A stretch of 64,000 bases of DNA from Anthoceros angustus (Eukaryota > Plantae > Anthocerotophyta). The notes below the pieces were generated by a model, which saw only the letters and a program-made list of their open reading frames with translations, had not been told where the DNA came from and did no database searches. The first letter of the stretch is position 1. Each line of letters starts with the position of its first letter. Of the stretch, positions 14,008 through 25,176 are shown one piece after another. Location of the stretch: NCBI GenBank assembly GCA_010909165.1, contig MU008165.1:1426001-1490000 (forward strand), read 5' to 3'. A program made the position numbers and the translations under genes.

Positions 14008-16656
14008 TTACGGGTAAATAGGCAACAAACTGCCCAGCATCCAATCCCAATGGCCAGGGCGCAGATTGTTAGGTGAAACACCTTCGTTGTCATGGACTGA
14101 CGGATCAGCACCCTTCTCAACCAAAAGCTTTGCTACGTTCTCATGCTCGCAAATTGTTGCATAATGCAATGCCGTCTGACCTTCCTGATCCTGCACACGA
14201 ACAACATTTTCTTAACAAGCAAAGCCCCAAAGCCCTATCCAAAGCACAAGCGCACTTGCAAAATAGATCAAGCAACGATAACATGCATGAACTCAAACTA
14301 CAAGCACAAAATGCTTACCTTCGGAATACAGCAATACAGCAATACAGCAAGACAGCAAGTACAGCAATACCTTCGCATGGATTTCTGCTCCTTTAGAAAG
14401 TAAAAACTTCACAGTCTCCAAATGCCCATGGTCAACTGCCCAGTGCAGTGCTGTCCGCCCATGGCTATCTGCAAAATGGAGTCACATCAGTTATTGTGCA
14501 AGAGGCAACTTCTCCCGCCATTCCAGAAAGGGCAGTGACCCCAAGCAAAATTGAAGTATAGCATTTACGGTGCAGAGCTGCCCACAGACAGTTTCTGTCA
14601 GGCGGTCCTCCACAAGGACACTGATGTAAATAGCTTCATTCATGCATGTACTCAAGCTTAAAGAGCACACATCTCTTGAGTGAGCCACGCAGAAAAGGAC
14701 CAAAGAGACAACACATACCTTTTTGATCAACTGGTTGACCCTGGTCCAAGAGCTGAGAAAGACCCGCACTATCACCATCTTTGGCAAAGACATGTATCGC
14801 CTCCATGCTTCTAAAATGGACAAAAATATAAGAGTTGAGACACGATAGCAAGGAGCCCAAGTACTCTCTACAAAAGAAAAATCATGAACTCCCAGCAAGA
14901 ACCTTCTCTGCAGAACTGGCACATTGTGTTGCAGCTGACTTCCTCAAGGGAAACATAGAACCTCATTCGAAAGCATTAGTATGCTTACCCCAAGTCGCTA
15001 CTGCCCTCCTCTGACACTAAAGTGCTGAAGACTGGACCGCCAACACCACTGGGCTTCCTCTTGCTTCCACTCGTTTGTGACAAAGAGCCCCCGCTTGTGT
15101 CCGCCTGTTAGCAACATATGACACTACTGTCATTGTTTGTCGTCTACAACATGGGGGTAAGTCTGATGGCCGTAGTATCAAAGATGAACGTGAATTAGAA
15201 GATGAACTTACTTTCTCCGAGGGTTGGTTCCAGTTTGGGCTGATCTTTGTGAGGACCTCGATATAACGCATCATGGCCTCCTCCGGACTTATGTCCCCAA
15301 GCTTCTGCCAAGCATTCCTTGCACAGCCAAAAATGGTCCCCTCCATCACTCATGCATGCCAGCTCTGAAGCCCTGCCAGTGATACTTTGGTCACGGGCAT
15401 TGTCATCATCACTCAGATTTGGATCGGGTTCTACACAGAAGCACCAGTTTCTTTATACCAAGCTCTTCCCCAAAAGCAGCAAATAGGCTGAATATTACTG
15501 TGGACCTACACACTAGACTGTTATATCAGGCTACGCCAAATCGAAATCAGGTCCAGGACAGCAGTAGAGCTGTTCAACGACCAGTGCCCCAAAGCTATTA
15601 AGGGACAGACTTCTCCCTAAGGGCTTTACTCGGTAAGTTAGAAGAGTGGTGCTCTAAGCCCAGCATGGGCAGTTGGATCATGGTTAGCAATGTTGATGGT
15701 TTGCACCTACTCAGCTGACTGGAAACGATTTACGATGTTTAGGACAAACGGTACTCCCAGCAAAAGACGAACTTCAGTACATCTTTGTAACGTGATTAGC
15801 TGGCAATCTTTTCACAAGGGGCTAACATACTTGCGGACAACAAGAAGCACGACTACTGGTGATCACGCAAAGAGCACAACTTAACTTACAAGCACCTAAC
15901 AGGCACCACGTGCAAGAATTATAAGCATGGAAGTTGGAGCACACAGAAGCTTGCATACCATTTGGCCCGAGCAGTCATGTTGATCAGCGATGGCTGGGGT
16001 GTCCGACAGGGCCCCTCCGTTGCCACCTTATAGAGCGCATATAATTGCAGTTGCATGTCCTGCGATGTCTTGGACCCCATGGACGTTGCCATGGTGGCCA
16101 CAAAAGTGGATGCAGCACCGAATTCCTCTTCCAATTCAGAGCTCTCCACACCCTCCCAGTCATCACTATCATTCTCATCAAGCTCATCACCCCCTGCAGC
16201 CTCAGGCTCTGCGGACACGGCAGGCTCTCCGCCCACGGCAGACTTCTGGCTCAGGTCTCCCTCTTCCATAAGAAGCTCCCCTTCGCCAGTCGCCGCCTCC
16301 ACGGCGGCCTCCCTCGGGGCCTGCTCATCCGAGGAGCCACTCTCCCCCTCCAACGGCGCCTCCCGCTCCTGGTGAACGTCAACATCAAGAGACTCAGAAG
16401 AATCGTCTTCCTCCTCCTCCCGCTCTGCACCCTCCTCGCCATCAGATGAATCCAAATCACCATCGAACCCATTCTGGTCCGCGGGAGCCAATTGCGCCTC
16501 CGCTGGGGCAGCAGCAGGGGCGTCGGCAGCCCTGGCACGCTCCACCCGCAGATTGTCGCTCTTGAAGGCCGTGAGCAGCGAAAGCAGCTTGGCAAGCATG
16601 AAGGCAAAGACGAGAGCCATGATGACGGCGTGAGCAGCCTCCTGCCAATCCGCCAT
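14008..16656 (-). CDS. ACBP: Acyl-CoA-binding protein with N-terminal TM segment and ankyrin repeats (class II, ACBP1/2-like), multi-exon
   Basis: MADWQEAA..ALVFAFMLAKLL TM segment, acidic linker, DDWEGVESSELEEEFGAA, LQLYALYKVATEGPC...ARAKW|NAWQKLGDISPEEAM (ACB domain), and ankyrin exons (MEAIHVFAKDGD; QDQEGQTALHYATICEH). Confidence 0.92.
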
Positions 16657-17611
16657 GGCCAGCATGATGTGACCCTTGCTCTGGAGCGTGATGATGCCGA
16701 TGTCGGCTACCACAGATGCAATTGACGGCAGGGGAAGAAAGGGAGAAAGAAACAAAGAGAGGGCACGGCAACAGCAGGCTGAAGGCTGAAGCACGGTATG
16801 GTATGCGCACAAGAATGCAGGATGGGAAGAGTGCTGTCCAGTCCACTCCAGTCGCAATGCATCTATGTCTCTCTCCTCCTCGTCTTCCTCCCCTGCTTGC
16901 CCGCCCGAGGCCAATCCTTTTTAAGAATTTAATATGTATAAATATATCCGAGCGACTCACCATACAGAGTGTTCGATGCTTCGTGCCAGACGTATTATGC
17001 ATTTGGAGTCCACATCCCCATGACGATCGTATACATGCAGAATGCAGAATCCTGTGTTATCCAATTTTCTTCCATGTATCCGATGTGGTATAGGAAGTTG
17101 CATACGACTACGCATCTGTGCTCATACGAATTCGATCCTCTGACACGTCAGGAGAACGTCTCGTCTTGGCTATAGCAGCACTTCTGCGCAAGGCCTGGAA
17201 CAGATTTCTTCTTCTTGTTCCTTGCATGCGCTCGAAGCTCAAATTCGTTTGTCTTGAATGTGGAGATCTTCAAGGCTCAAGCTATTATAATCCAAGTCCT
17301 GACATTGATCACTTAGCGCCAATGTTGAGCAGTAGATTGCCGGCTGGGAGCGCCTCAGTTGCTGATGGATATGTCGAGGATCTGGCATCAAACATGTTGT
17401 CAGTGAACTGCGATTCAGCTATGCCTGACCTTCCTACATTGACAGCTTGGATTCGCTCCGCAATCCGATATTCGACGTCCGGCCGTACCTGATGCTACCT
17501 TAAGGTTTGATCGTTTGAGGCACAGCTGTACGAGGTGCCTGTGAATGCAAGTACATTATGGATTTGTAGCAGTTTACGATTTGCAGACTGTGGTGACCTT
17601 AGATGTTGCGG

Positions 17612-20600
17612 TCAGCTGGAGAGGGAGATGCAGAGTATGACACGGACGGTGTTTCGGACGGAGCATTCTGAGCTGTGTGTAAACAATCTCAAGCTCTGGG
17701 AGCTTGAGTCTAGATCGTAGTTTTGAGCTTGGATGATGTAAGCGGAAGGTTCTGGATATGATAATTGCTTGCTTAATTCAAGAAGCTTGGAATAAATCTG
17801 GTCTGATTGCTCATTACCTCTATCGCCTACGAAAAATACATGCACCCTCTTCTCGTGCTCAATCCAACTCTGGCCAGGCTTCCTCTTCCAAGGGCCTGTA
17901 TGCACTCGAAGCTCGTCTACTGTAATACATAGTCTACTTGCTTCCTCCCACATGTTGGCCTCATGGTAGATGTTCAGCATCATTAAGTACGCTGATGTCT
18001 GCTTTGGTTCCAAGCTCACGGCCTCCTTGAAAGCATGTTCGCCTAGTCCTACGTTCCCATGTTTTCGACAGGAGCCAAGCAAGGACAACCACAGTGCCAT
18101 GTCAGGTTGCATGGGCATTTCCTGAAGCAAGTCTTGCACTTGGTGGAATAGCCCTGCACGGCCCAAAAGGTCCACCAAGCTGACATAGTGCTCCAAGGTT
18201 GTCTGGATGCTGGGATCTGCATCCAGGCATTGAAAGTATTGGATACCTTTCTCCACCATGCCTGCATGACTGCATGCATTTAAAACAGCAACATATGTGA
18301 TTGCATCAGGCTTTACGCCTTTTTGTTGCATTTCTTCGAAGCACTGAAGACTTCTATCAGAGTCCCCTAGTTGGGCATACCCTGCGATCAATGCGGTCCA
18401 TGATACAATGTCCTGCTGGGGCAAGGTATCAAACACTAACTGTGCATCAAGCAGGCTACCACATTTACTGTACGCATGGATCAGAGTGGTTGCTAGAACA
18501 GTAGTTAGCTCCACTTTACTATTAATTATATTACCATGAATCTGCCGGCACATGCTTAGAGCTCCAGCGTCGCTACACGCTTTCAGGATAGACAGAAATG
18601 TTGCTTCATCAGGAATCACAGAGGCATTTTGCATCTCATGGTAAAGCTGCATAGCCTTTTCGTGACGTTCCTGGTCAGCATATCCGGCCACTAATACATT
18701 CCACAATACAACATTGTCCTGTGGCATTGTGTGAAAGACAGAAAGCGCATCCATCATGCTCCCACACTCCGCATAACTATTTACCAACGTGGTGCCCACA
18801 AAGAAGTCGGAGAGATAGCCCCTCCTAAGAATTTCAGCATGAGTGACTCTAACCTGTTCAAGGGCGTCTTGTTTGACAAGCTGTCCATTGACGAGTGTCG
18901 TATCCTCTGTAGCTGCCAACTTGCCACATGCTTTCAGGACACTGGCAAAAGTCTGACCGTCTGGCTTTACACCTTTGCCCTGCATTTTTGCATAAAACTG
19001 TAATGCCTCAGCACCGTGTCCTTGTTCAGCAAATCCTGATATCATTGCACTCCATGAGACTACGTCATGCTGAGGCATCATGTGAAAAACATACTCAGCA
19101 TCTACCATACTTCCGCATTTTGAATACATGTGCACAAGAGCAGTACCCACAAATAAGTCTAGTTCCTGACTACACCTAGTAACATCCGCATGAATAGTCC
19201 GGCCCATTTGCAGGGAATCTTTCTTGACCATTTGCCCGATAGCTTGTGTCCCGGTTTCCGCTAGGCCGCTGCAGGCCTTGAGCGCACTCACAAAAGTCTG
19301 GTTGTTCGGCTTCACACCCTCCTGTTGCATGCGTGCATATAGATGCAGAGCCTGTGGATAGTTTCCCTGATGGACACTTCCTGATATCATAGCATTCCAT
19401 GATACCACGTTCCGCTTGGTCAAAGTGTCGAACACATGGCATGCATCTTTCATGCTTCCGCATTTGGCATACATATTGATCAAGCTGGTGCCAACAAAGA
19501 CATCGGATTCATAACCTTGAGTAGCGGCAGTAGCATGAACCACCTTGCCCGTCTGCAGGGTATGTGGTTTAACAGATTGCCCATGTGCTGTAGTTGTCTC
19601 TTGTTCCTGAGCTGAGAGGCTGCCACACGCCTTCAACACACTGGCAAGAGTCCACTTGTCTGGGGTGAAACCTTCATTCTGCATCTGGTTAAACAGTTGC
19701 AAGGCCATCCGGCCATCCTCATTCTGAACATATCCTGCTATCATTGCACTCCATGATACCACGGTGCGTTGGGTGAAAGCATCAAACACATATCTCGAAT
19801 CCAACATACTTCCACATTTTGAATACATGTTGACAAGAGTGTTGCAAATGAACGAATCCGATGCAAGGCCCTGGGCAACAACTTTAGCATGAATCATCTT
19901 ACCTCTATGCAGCGAGTTGGACTTGATAGCCTGACTGCCTACAACTAACGCCTCTTCCTTACATGCAAGGATGCCACATGCCTTAAGTGCACTCACAAAG
20001 GTCCAGTTGTTAGGAGCTACTCCCTCTCCCTGCATACATTCAAACAGATCCAACGCCTCCTCCGCCTGACCTTGTTGCACATATCCAGCTATCAACGCAT
20101 TCCAGGACACAACATTGCGCTGTTGCAACCCGTCAAACACTGCTCTGGCATCCAACATGTTCCCACATTTTGCATACATATCCACCAGTGTTGTCCCCAC
20201 GAAAACGTCAGACTCGTAGCCCAATCGAACGACTTCAGCATGAGCCAACTTCCCCCGTTTCAGGGACTTCACTTTCAGTGCCTGTCCAAGAATAATTGTA
20301 TCTCCCTCCAACACTGCCAAGCTGCTACATGCTTTAAGCAAGCTGACATAAGTCCGATCATTCGGCATAACCCCTGCCTCTTTCATCCTCTCAAACAGTT
20401 GAAACACCTTCCCACCGTCTCCCTTCCTGGCAAGTTCAGCAAGAGTAGCATTCCACGTCACCACATCTGCAGGCTTCGTCCCAATGGCAGCCTTCTCTGT
20501 ATCTACATCCAACCTCAACGTCTTACTCCTGGACTGCTCTAACCCTTGAAATCTTTCGATGCCAGACGCGCACGATCTTCCCTCATCTCTCACTCGGCAC

Positions 20601-20650
20601 ATCGCGACATTCACCGTCACGGCAGGACAAGCACACAACATTACTCTCAT
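17612..20650 (-). CDS. PLS-class pentatricopeptide repeat protein with long (LL-type) L motifs, E1-E2 and E+ (truncated DYW); organellar RNA-editing factor
   Basis: Intronless 1012-aa ORF with repeated VVSWNA/SAMI, TFVSALKAC and DVFVGTTLVDMYAKCG motifs. C-terminal HYVSLVDLLGRAG...LLGSCRKHGN...KPGQSWIEHEKRVHVFFVGD. True start codon uncertain. Confidence 0.93.
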   Translation of the reverse strand: MRVMLCACPAVTVNVAMCRVRDEGRSCASGIERFQGLEQSRSKTLRLDVDTEKAAIGTKPADVVTWNATLAELARKGDGGKVFQLFERMKEAGVMPNDRTYVSLLKACSSLAVLEGDTIILGQALKVKSLKRGKLAHAEVVRLGYESDVFVGTTLVDMYAKCGNMLDARAVFDGLQQRNVVSWNALIAGYVQQGQAEEALDLFECMQGEGVAPNNWTFVSALKACGILACKEEALVVGSQAIKSNSLHRGKMIHAKVVAQGLASDSFICNTLVNMYSKCGSMLDSRYVFDAFTQRTVVSWSAMIAGYVQNEDGRMALQLFNQMQNEGFTPDKWTLASVLKACGSLSAQEQETTTAHGQSVKPHTLQTGKVVHATAATQGYESDVFVGTSLINMYAKCGSMKDACHVFDTLTKRNVVSWNAMISGSVHQGNYPQALHLYARMQQEGVKPNNQTFVSALKACSGLAETGTQAIGQMVKKDSLQMGRTIHADVTRCSQELDLFVGTALVHMYSKCGSMVDAEYVFHMMPQHDVVSWSAMISGFAEQGHGAEALQFYAKMQGKGVKPDGQTFASVLKACGKLAATEDTTLVNGQLVKQDALEQVRVTHAEILRRGYLSDFFVGTTLVNSYAECGSMMDALSVFHTMPQDNVVLWNVLVAGYADQERHEKAMQLYHEMQNASVIPDEATFLSILKACSDAGALSMCRQIHGNIINSKVELTTVLATTLIHAYSKCGSLLDAQLVFDTLPQQDIVSWTALIAGYAQLGDSDRSLQCFEEMQQKGVKPDAITYVAVLNACSHAGMVEKGIQYFQCLDADPSIQTTLEHYVSLVDLLGRAGLFHQVQDLLQEMPMQPDMALWLSLLGSCRKHGNVGLGEHAFKEAVSLEPKQTSAYLMMLNIYHEANMWEEASRLCITVDELRVHTGPWKRKPGQSWIEHEKRVHVFFVGDRGNEQSDQIYSKLLELSKQLSYPEPSAYIIQAQNYDLDSSSQSLRLFTHSSECSVRNTVRVILCISLSS

Positions 20651-21757
20651 CCAGCCCCACGAAATCCCTCTCAGCCTTTATGCTTCCTGCTATAAGTAAT
20701 TCTCTCGAATTTGCCTTCAGCTCCAGCTCCAGCTCCAGCTCCAGCGCTCCTCTCAAATTCGAATGAACTTCTCTCGAACGCTATGCTTCCAAGCTAGCTG
20801 GGAAGAGTGCCTGCAACCTCCAAACATTGGACAAGTGCGCGATTGGCGACCACCTAGAATGCTTTGATCCCAATATAGTCTGAGGAGCAGTCTAAACTTT
20901 CTCCTAGCTCTTGCTCCATCCCTCTTGCTCTCGACTTTATCGCAATTGGCCAATATCACGGCTTGACATACTGACTCGACTCGATTCTGAACGACAATCC
21001 ATGAGATGCGACTGAGCTGCCGATGAGCCTGCCTTGACAAGCATAAACATAAATCAGACTTCAATCGTTTCAGAGGCCTACATAACCAGGACTTCGGGCC
21101 CCGATTGCCCGGCCTTGATTCCCATGTACTTCCTACACCTAGTCGGGAGCCCATGAAACCTTGGGAATGGTGAATGTCAAATATTCTCTCCGATCCAAAC
21201 AAGTGTAAATACTAAAGTTTCACAACGTGTCGCCGAAAACACGTTTAACAAACTAGTATGTACCATAGCTTTTGCTCCGACTTATCATTTAGGCGTTTCT
21301 TATCCAAGCTGTTTGCGCATAGATGGAGCTAACCTAAAATTTTTATACTATAGTACTATTTTTAAATAATAATTAATAATAATTTATAATTTATAAATAG
21401 TTAGGCATACTGGTTCACCTATAAATAGTACTACTAATATAAAACTAGAGAGTAATTATAAATTGATTGAAATGTCTCACTAGTTTCGGGTATAACATGA
21501 ACACATGGAGTTTTAGTGTTGTGAGGAGCTCAATAGGAGTTCTACTTTTAAAAATTCTGTAAGTGTATACATAGCAGCACTGGATTCGCGTTTTCAACAC
21601 TTATGTTCTTCTTGGAGTCCTATATGCTAGAGCAGCTACATTGTTCGATTTAAATGTGGATCTTTCAAAACCATAAAATTCTGCTTCTTCTTCTTCATAC
21701 GGTTATAAGAATTTTGAAATAATGTGATCGGTAAGCATTTGATTTTATTCTAATATC

Positions 21758-22261
21758 ATGACTCACTTAAAAAGTGTCAAATTAAGTAGAAGCCACTTGA
21801 CTATAATTATTATCTTTTCTCACATTTGGTTGGTAACTGGAACACCTGATTATAAGTTAGTTGACTATCATTGCGGGACACTTATGATTTTGCCCATAGT
21901 GCAAAAATTCTTAAATGTAGCTATTGATGAACTTATTAGGGATGCAATGTTAGCACAAGAACGACTTTTTGATAGTGGTGTGCTCCCACATTATGGATCA
22001 TATACGACTCCAATTCTGCCAGTTGGACCAACATTTTGGGGAGTAGTAACTTGTTATAAGAATGATAGCACCATTGTCACGTGGTCCGATTGCAATGAGT
22101 GTCTTACCCAATTGAAAATTTTACTTTTCACATTATGTAATGGAGTTCCGAACGAAGGATATGTTCTAGTACGAGATTGTTTTCTGAAGTATTCAATCAT
22201 AAAGCCATTAGATTTTTGTCCAACATCTCCACAACCTACATTAGAGATAGATCTGTGGTAG
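21758..22261 (+). CDS. Single-domain DUF26/Gnk2-like cysteine-rich secreted protein (divergent)
   Basis: Hydrophobic N-terminus (LTIIIIFSHIWLVTG). WGVVTC-x12-CNEC...TLC...GYVLVRDCFLKYS resembles the YGxxQC..DCxxC..C..G..xxxCxLRYE pattern of DUF26. Confidence 0.65.
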   Translation: MTHLKSVKLSRSHLTIIIIFSHIWLVTGTPDYKLVDYHCGTLMILPIVQKFLNVAIDELIRDAMLAQERLFDSGVLPHYGSYTTPILPVGPTFWGVVTCYKNDSTIVTWSDCNECLTQLKILLFTLCNGVPNEGYVLVRDCFLKYSIIKPLDFCPTSPQPTLEIDLW

Positions 22262-22631
22262 GCATGGCTTGAAATACTCCTTAATATTTGATCATATATT
22301 TCTACTAGTAAAGGCCTTCATAGGAGTATACAGAATTATCATAACAAGTACAGTAATCACCCTAAATTTTATTCGATATGTAATAGGTATAAATATTTAA
22401 ATTCAATAAATCTTGAAAGATTGGTTTATATCATGTATACATTACGTTGCACTAATGTTAGTCTAAATGTATGTTTATGCACGATTTTTTCATGACATGA
22501 GAAGTCATTGTCAGTCAAAGTCCTTTTGTTTGGGGCAGCTAAGAGAACCGCTTGGAGCAAGCTGTTATATAATTGTCAAAGTGGTCAAATGTAGAAAAAA
22601 TTGCAAGACCTCACATAACAATGTGTGAAGG

Positions 22632-22806
22632 GAGTTAGAACGAAAAGAGGTTCGGGGATAAATAGAGAGGTTGTAGAAAGGTCATGGTTTCAAAGAGAGT
22701 TAGAACAAAAAGACGTTCGGGGATAAAAAGAGAGGTTGTAAAAAGGTTATGGTTTCAAAGAGAGTTAGAACGAAAAGAAGTTCGGGGATAAATAGAGAGG
22801 TTGTAG
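22632..22806. repeat. 65-nt tandem repeat, ~2.7 copies
   Basis: gagttagaac.aaaaga.gttcggggataaa at 22632, 22697 and 22762. Confidence 0.9.
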
Positions 22807-23820
22807 GTTTTATTTTATACGTATCATGCATTTTTTACAAGGAGCTTTGGAATGTTCGAGAGCTTTGTTGTTAAAAATACCGATACAAGGATGTTGTAGG
22901 AGTACGGTTTTGCATCTTTTGAAAGTTCTAGTTTGTGCCAAGTAAGTATGAAGTATTAAGGGTGTAGGGAAAGATTCTCAATCCATCTCCTTACATAGCT
23001 TAGCTCCATTTTTGCTCGAACTATATTGTTTGACAGGTTACCTAGTGAGTAGGTTTTGCATTCTTTTGCATGTTGCAGTATAGTGATTTTAGGTCCTCAT
23101 ATAATGCAAATGAGATGAGACTTTATCTTGAAAACTAGTAGTAATCCTATATTTTCTTTGTTAAGGTTTCTTTCCATGTGTACAATTAGATTGGTACATT
23201 TTATCTTATTAATTATATTTAAATATTATAATGATGATGATGATTGTATATAAAAAATATTTCTATATCTTTATACGTTTAAATTGTACAGATATAAATG
23301 TATAGAAGAAAAAAAAGTATAGGTCCCCCGCTTTTACGGCTTGATTTCTTACTTCTCTCCTCCAAAGTCTGGTCTTGCTCACCCACTTGTGCAGGTAACC
23401 TTTCCCTGGACGCCCCAGCTCAGCTCGTCGTTTTGCGAGGGATATTTTTGTCCCGTTTTTTTTAACCGAACAGTGGTGATAAAATGTGAAGTCTTGTTTG
23501 GAGTGGATATTGTTGACGGTAAAAGCGAAGGCAAGGCAAGGCGTAATGCGGGTTTGGGGTTTTGGCCAAGGTGGGCGCGCCGATACCGCACAGATGGGCC
23601 GCATCCAACGGCGGGCCGCTCTCTGCTTAGGGGCCTCTCCCTCCCTTCCTATGGATTGCCCTTTGCCCTCGGCCAGCCGCAGGCTCTTCCCCAGCGCCAG
23701 CCCTCTGTTCCCGTCTCTTTTCGTTTCCTTCTCCCGCTCGGCCGCTGGAGCCGAAGCAGCAGCTGTAGCCTAGCGCAGCCGGAGCAGCAGCAGCAGACCT
23801 CAGCACCGCCCGCCGCAGCC

Positions 23821-25176
23821 ATGGCGGCCTCGTGCATCTCCTGGCCCTCTCCAGCGGCGCGCTGGCCGCAGTCTCGACGCGCTCCGACTGCGCCTTCGCC
23901 AAGCGGCCCGCCGTGACGGCCATTGCTGCGCTCGGCTCCGACGCTGCACCGCTCGCCGTCTCGCCCGCGCGGATGGTGCAGGTGTTCCCTGCGCAGCGCC
24001 GCGCCAGCCGGTGCGCCGCCTTCGCCTCCTCCTCCGACCTCGAGCAGGACCTCTACGGCGGCAGCAGCCTCCCGCAGGATAGCCTCTACGGCGGCAGCAG
24101 CGCCCGCAGGACAGCCTGTACGGCGGCCGCCAGGACGACCTCTACGGCTCCGGCAGCCTCCCGCTCCCCGGCCCTCCCCCTAACCCGCAGGAGGGATCCA
24201 AGCTCTACGTCGGTAACCTGCCCTGGAACGTGGACAGCAGGACTCTGTCGGAGATCTTCCAGGATGTCGGCACTGTTGAGCTGGTTGAGGTATGTTGCTG
24301 TCTCGTTGCCCTTGTGTGTTAGAGGCCTTTGGACGCAGTCCATTGTTCGTTTTGTGTCGTCGTCGGCGGCGGCGGCGGCGGCTTCTTCCTGACCTTACCG
24401 GCCGCATACATTCGTCTCCTCTCCTGCTTGCTCCTTGCTTGACCTACTTTGGAACCTGGCGCTTGTGAGCAGGTTATCTATGACAGAGACACCGGAAGGA
24501 GTCGTGGATTCGCCTTTGTGACAATGGCATCGAACGAGGACGCTGTCAAGGCTATCGAGAGGTTGGATGGATATGTAAGTATATTTCCCTCTCGCCGCCT
24601 TTTGCACCTTACCCGTTGCACAGTTAAGGGACAACTCAGTTTCTGACTACTTTGCATTGCTCGTCCTTCCTCTTGCAGGAAATCGAATCGAGACCTTTGA
24701 GAGTGAACTTCCCTCAACCTGGAGGCGGCAGGGCATTCGGCGGCCCCCGTCCCCCGCGCAGTGACTTCGGCGGTGGCCCCCGTGTCGGTGGCTTCGGCTA
24801 CAACACGCCTAACAAGCTCTTCGTAGGCAACCTGGCCTGGGGTGTGGACGATGTCGGCCTTGAGCAGCTCTTCAGCGAGTACGGAAAGGTCATTGAAGCC
24901 AGAGTTATCCTTGACAGGGCCACGGGCAAGTCTAAGGGCTTCGGATTCGTCACCTTGTCATCTGAAGCGGAGGTTGCTGAGGCGATCGGCCAACTGGATG
25001 GACACGTAAGTCGTCTTTCGCACTGCGGGAATCCGTTTTTTTTCTGCACATGGTTTTAACCTCTATCGGCCTTCTCGCCTTGACCCTATGCCGTGTTCCA
25101 TCTCCAGACATTTGACGGCAGACAATTGCGGGTGAACTTGGCCGGTGACAAGCCTGCCCCGAGGATGGAGTACTGA
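23821..25176 (+). CDS. Chloroplast ribonucleoprotein (cp29/31/33-like, two RRMs); exons 23821-24289, 24473-24574, 24679-25005, 25108-25176; apparent indels in exon 1
   Basis: Ala/Ser-rich transit peptide. KLYVGNLPWNVDS and RSRGFAFVTM (RRM1); KLFVGNLAWGVDD and KSKGFGFVTL (RRM2); ends FDGRQLRVNLAGDKPAPRMEY*. Confidence 0.9.

Noticed and set aside
16657-16914. Longer ACBP N-terminus as given by the ORF track
   Set aside because: It starts at a non-ATG codon; MADWQE matches the family start, and the upstream part looks like 5'UTR or intron.
17840-17900. DYW:KP (U-to-C editing) type because of the KRKP sequence
   Set aside because: The box reads KPGQSWIE, the canonical PG type with Trp, and no deaminase domain follows.
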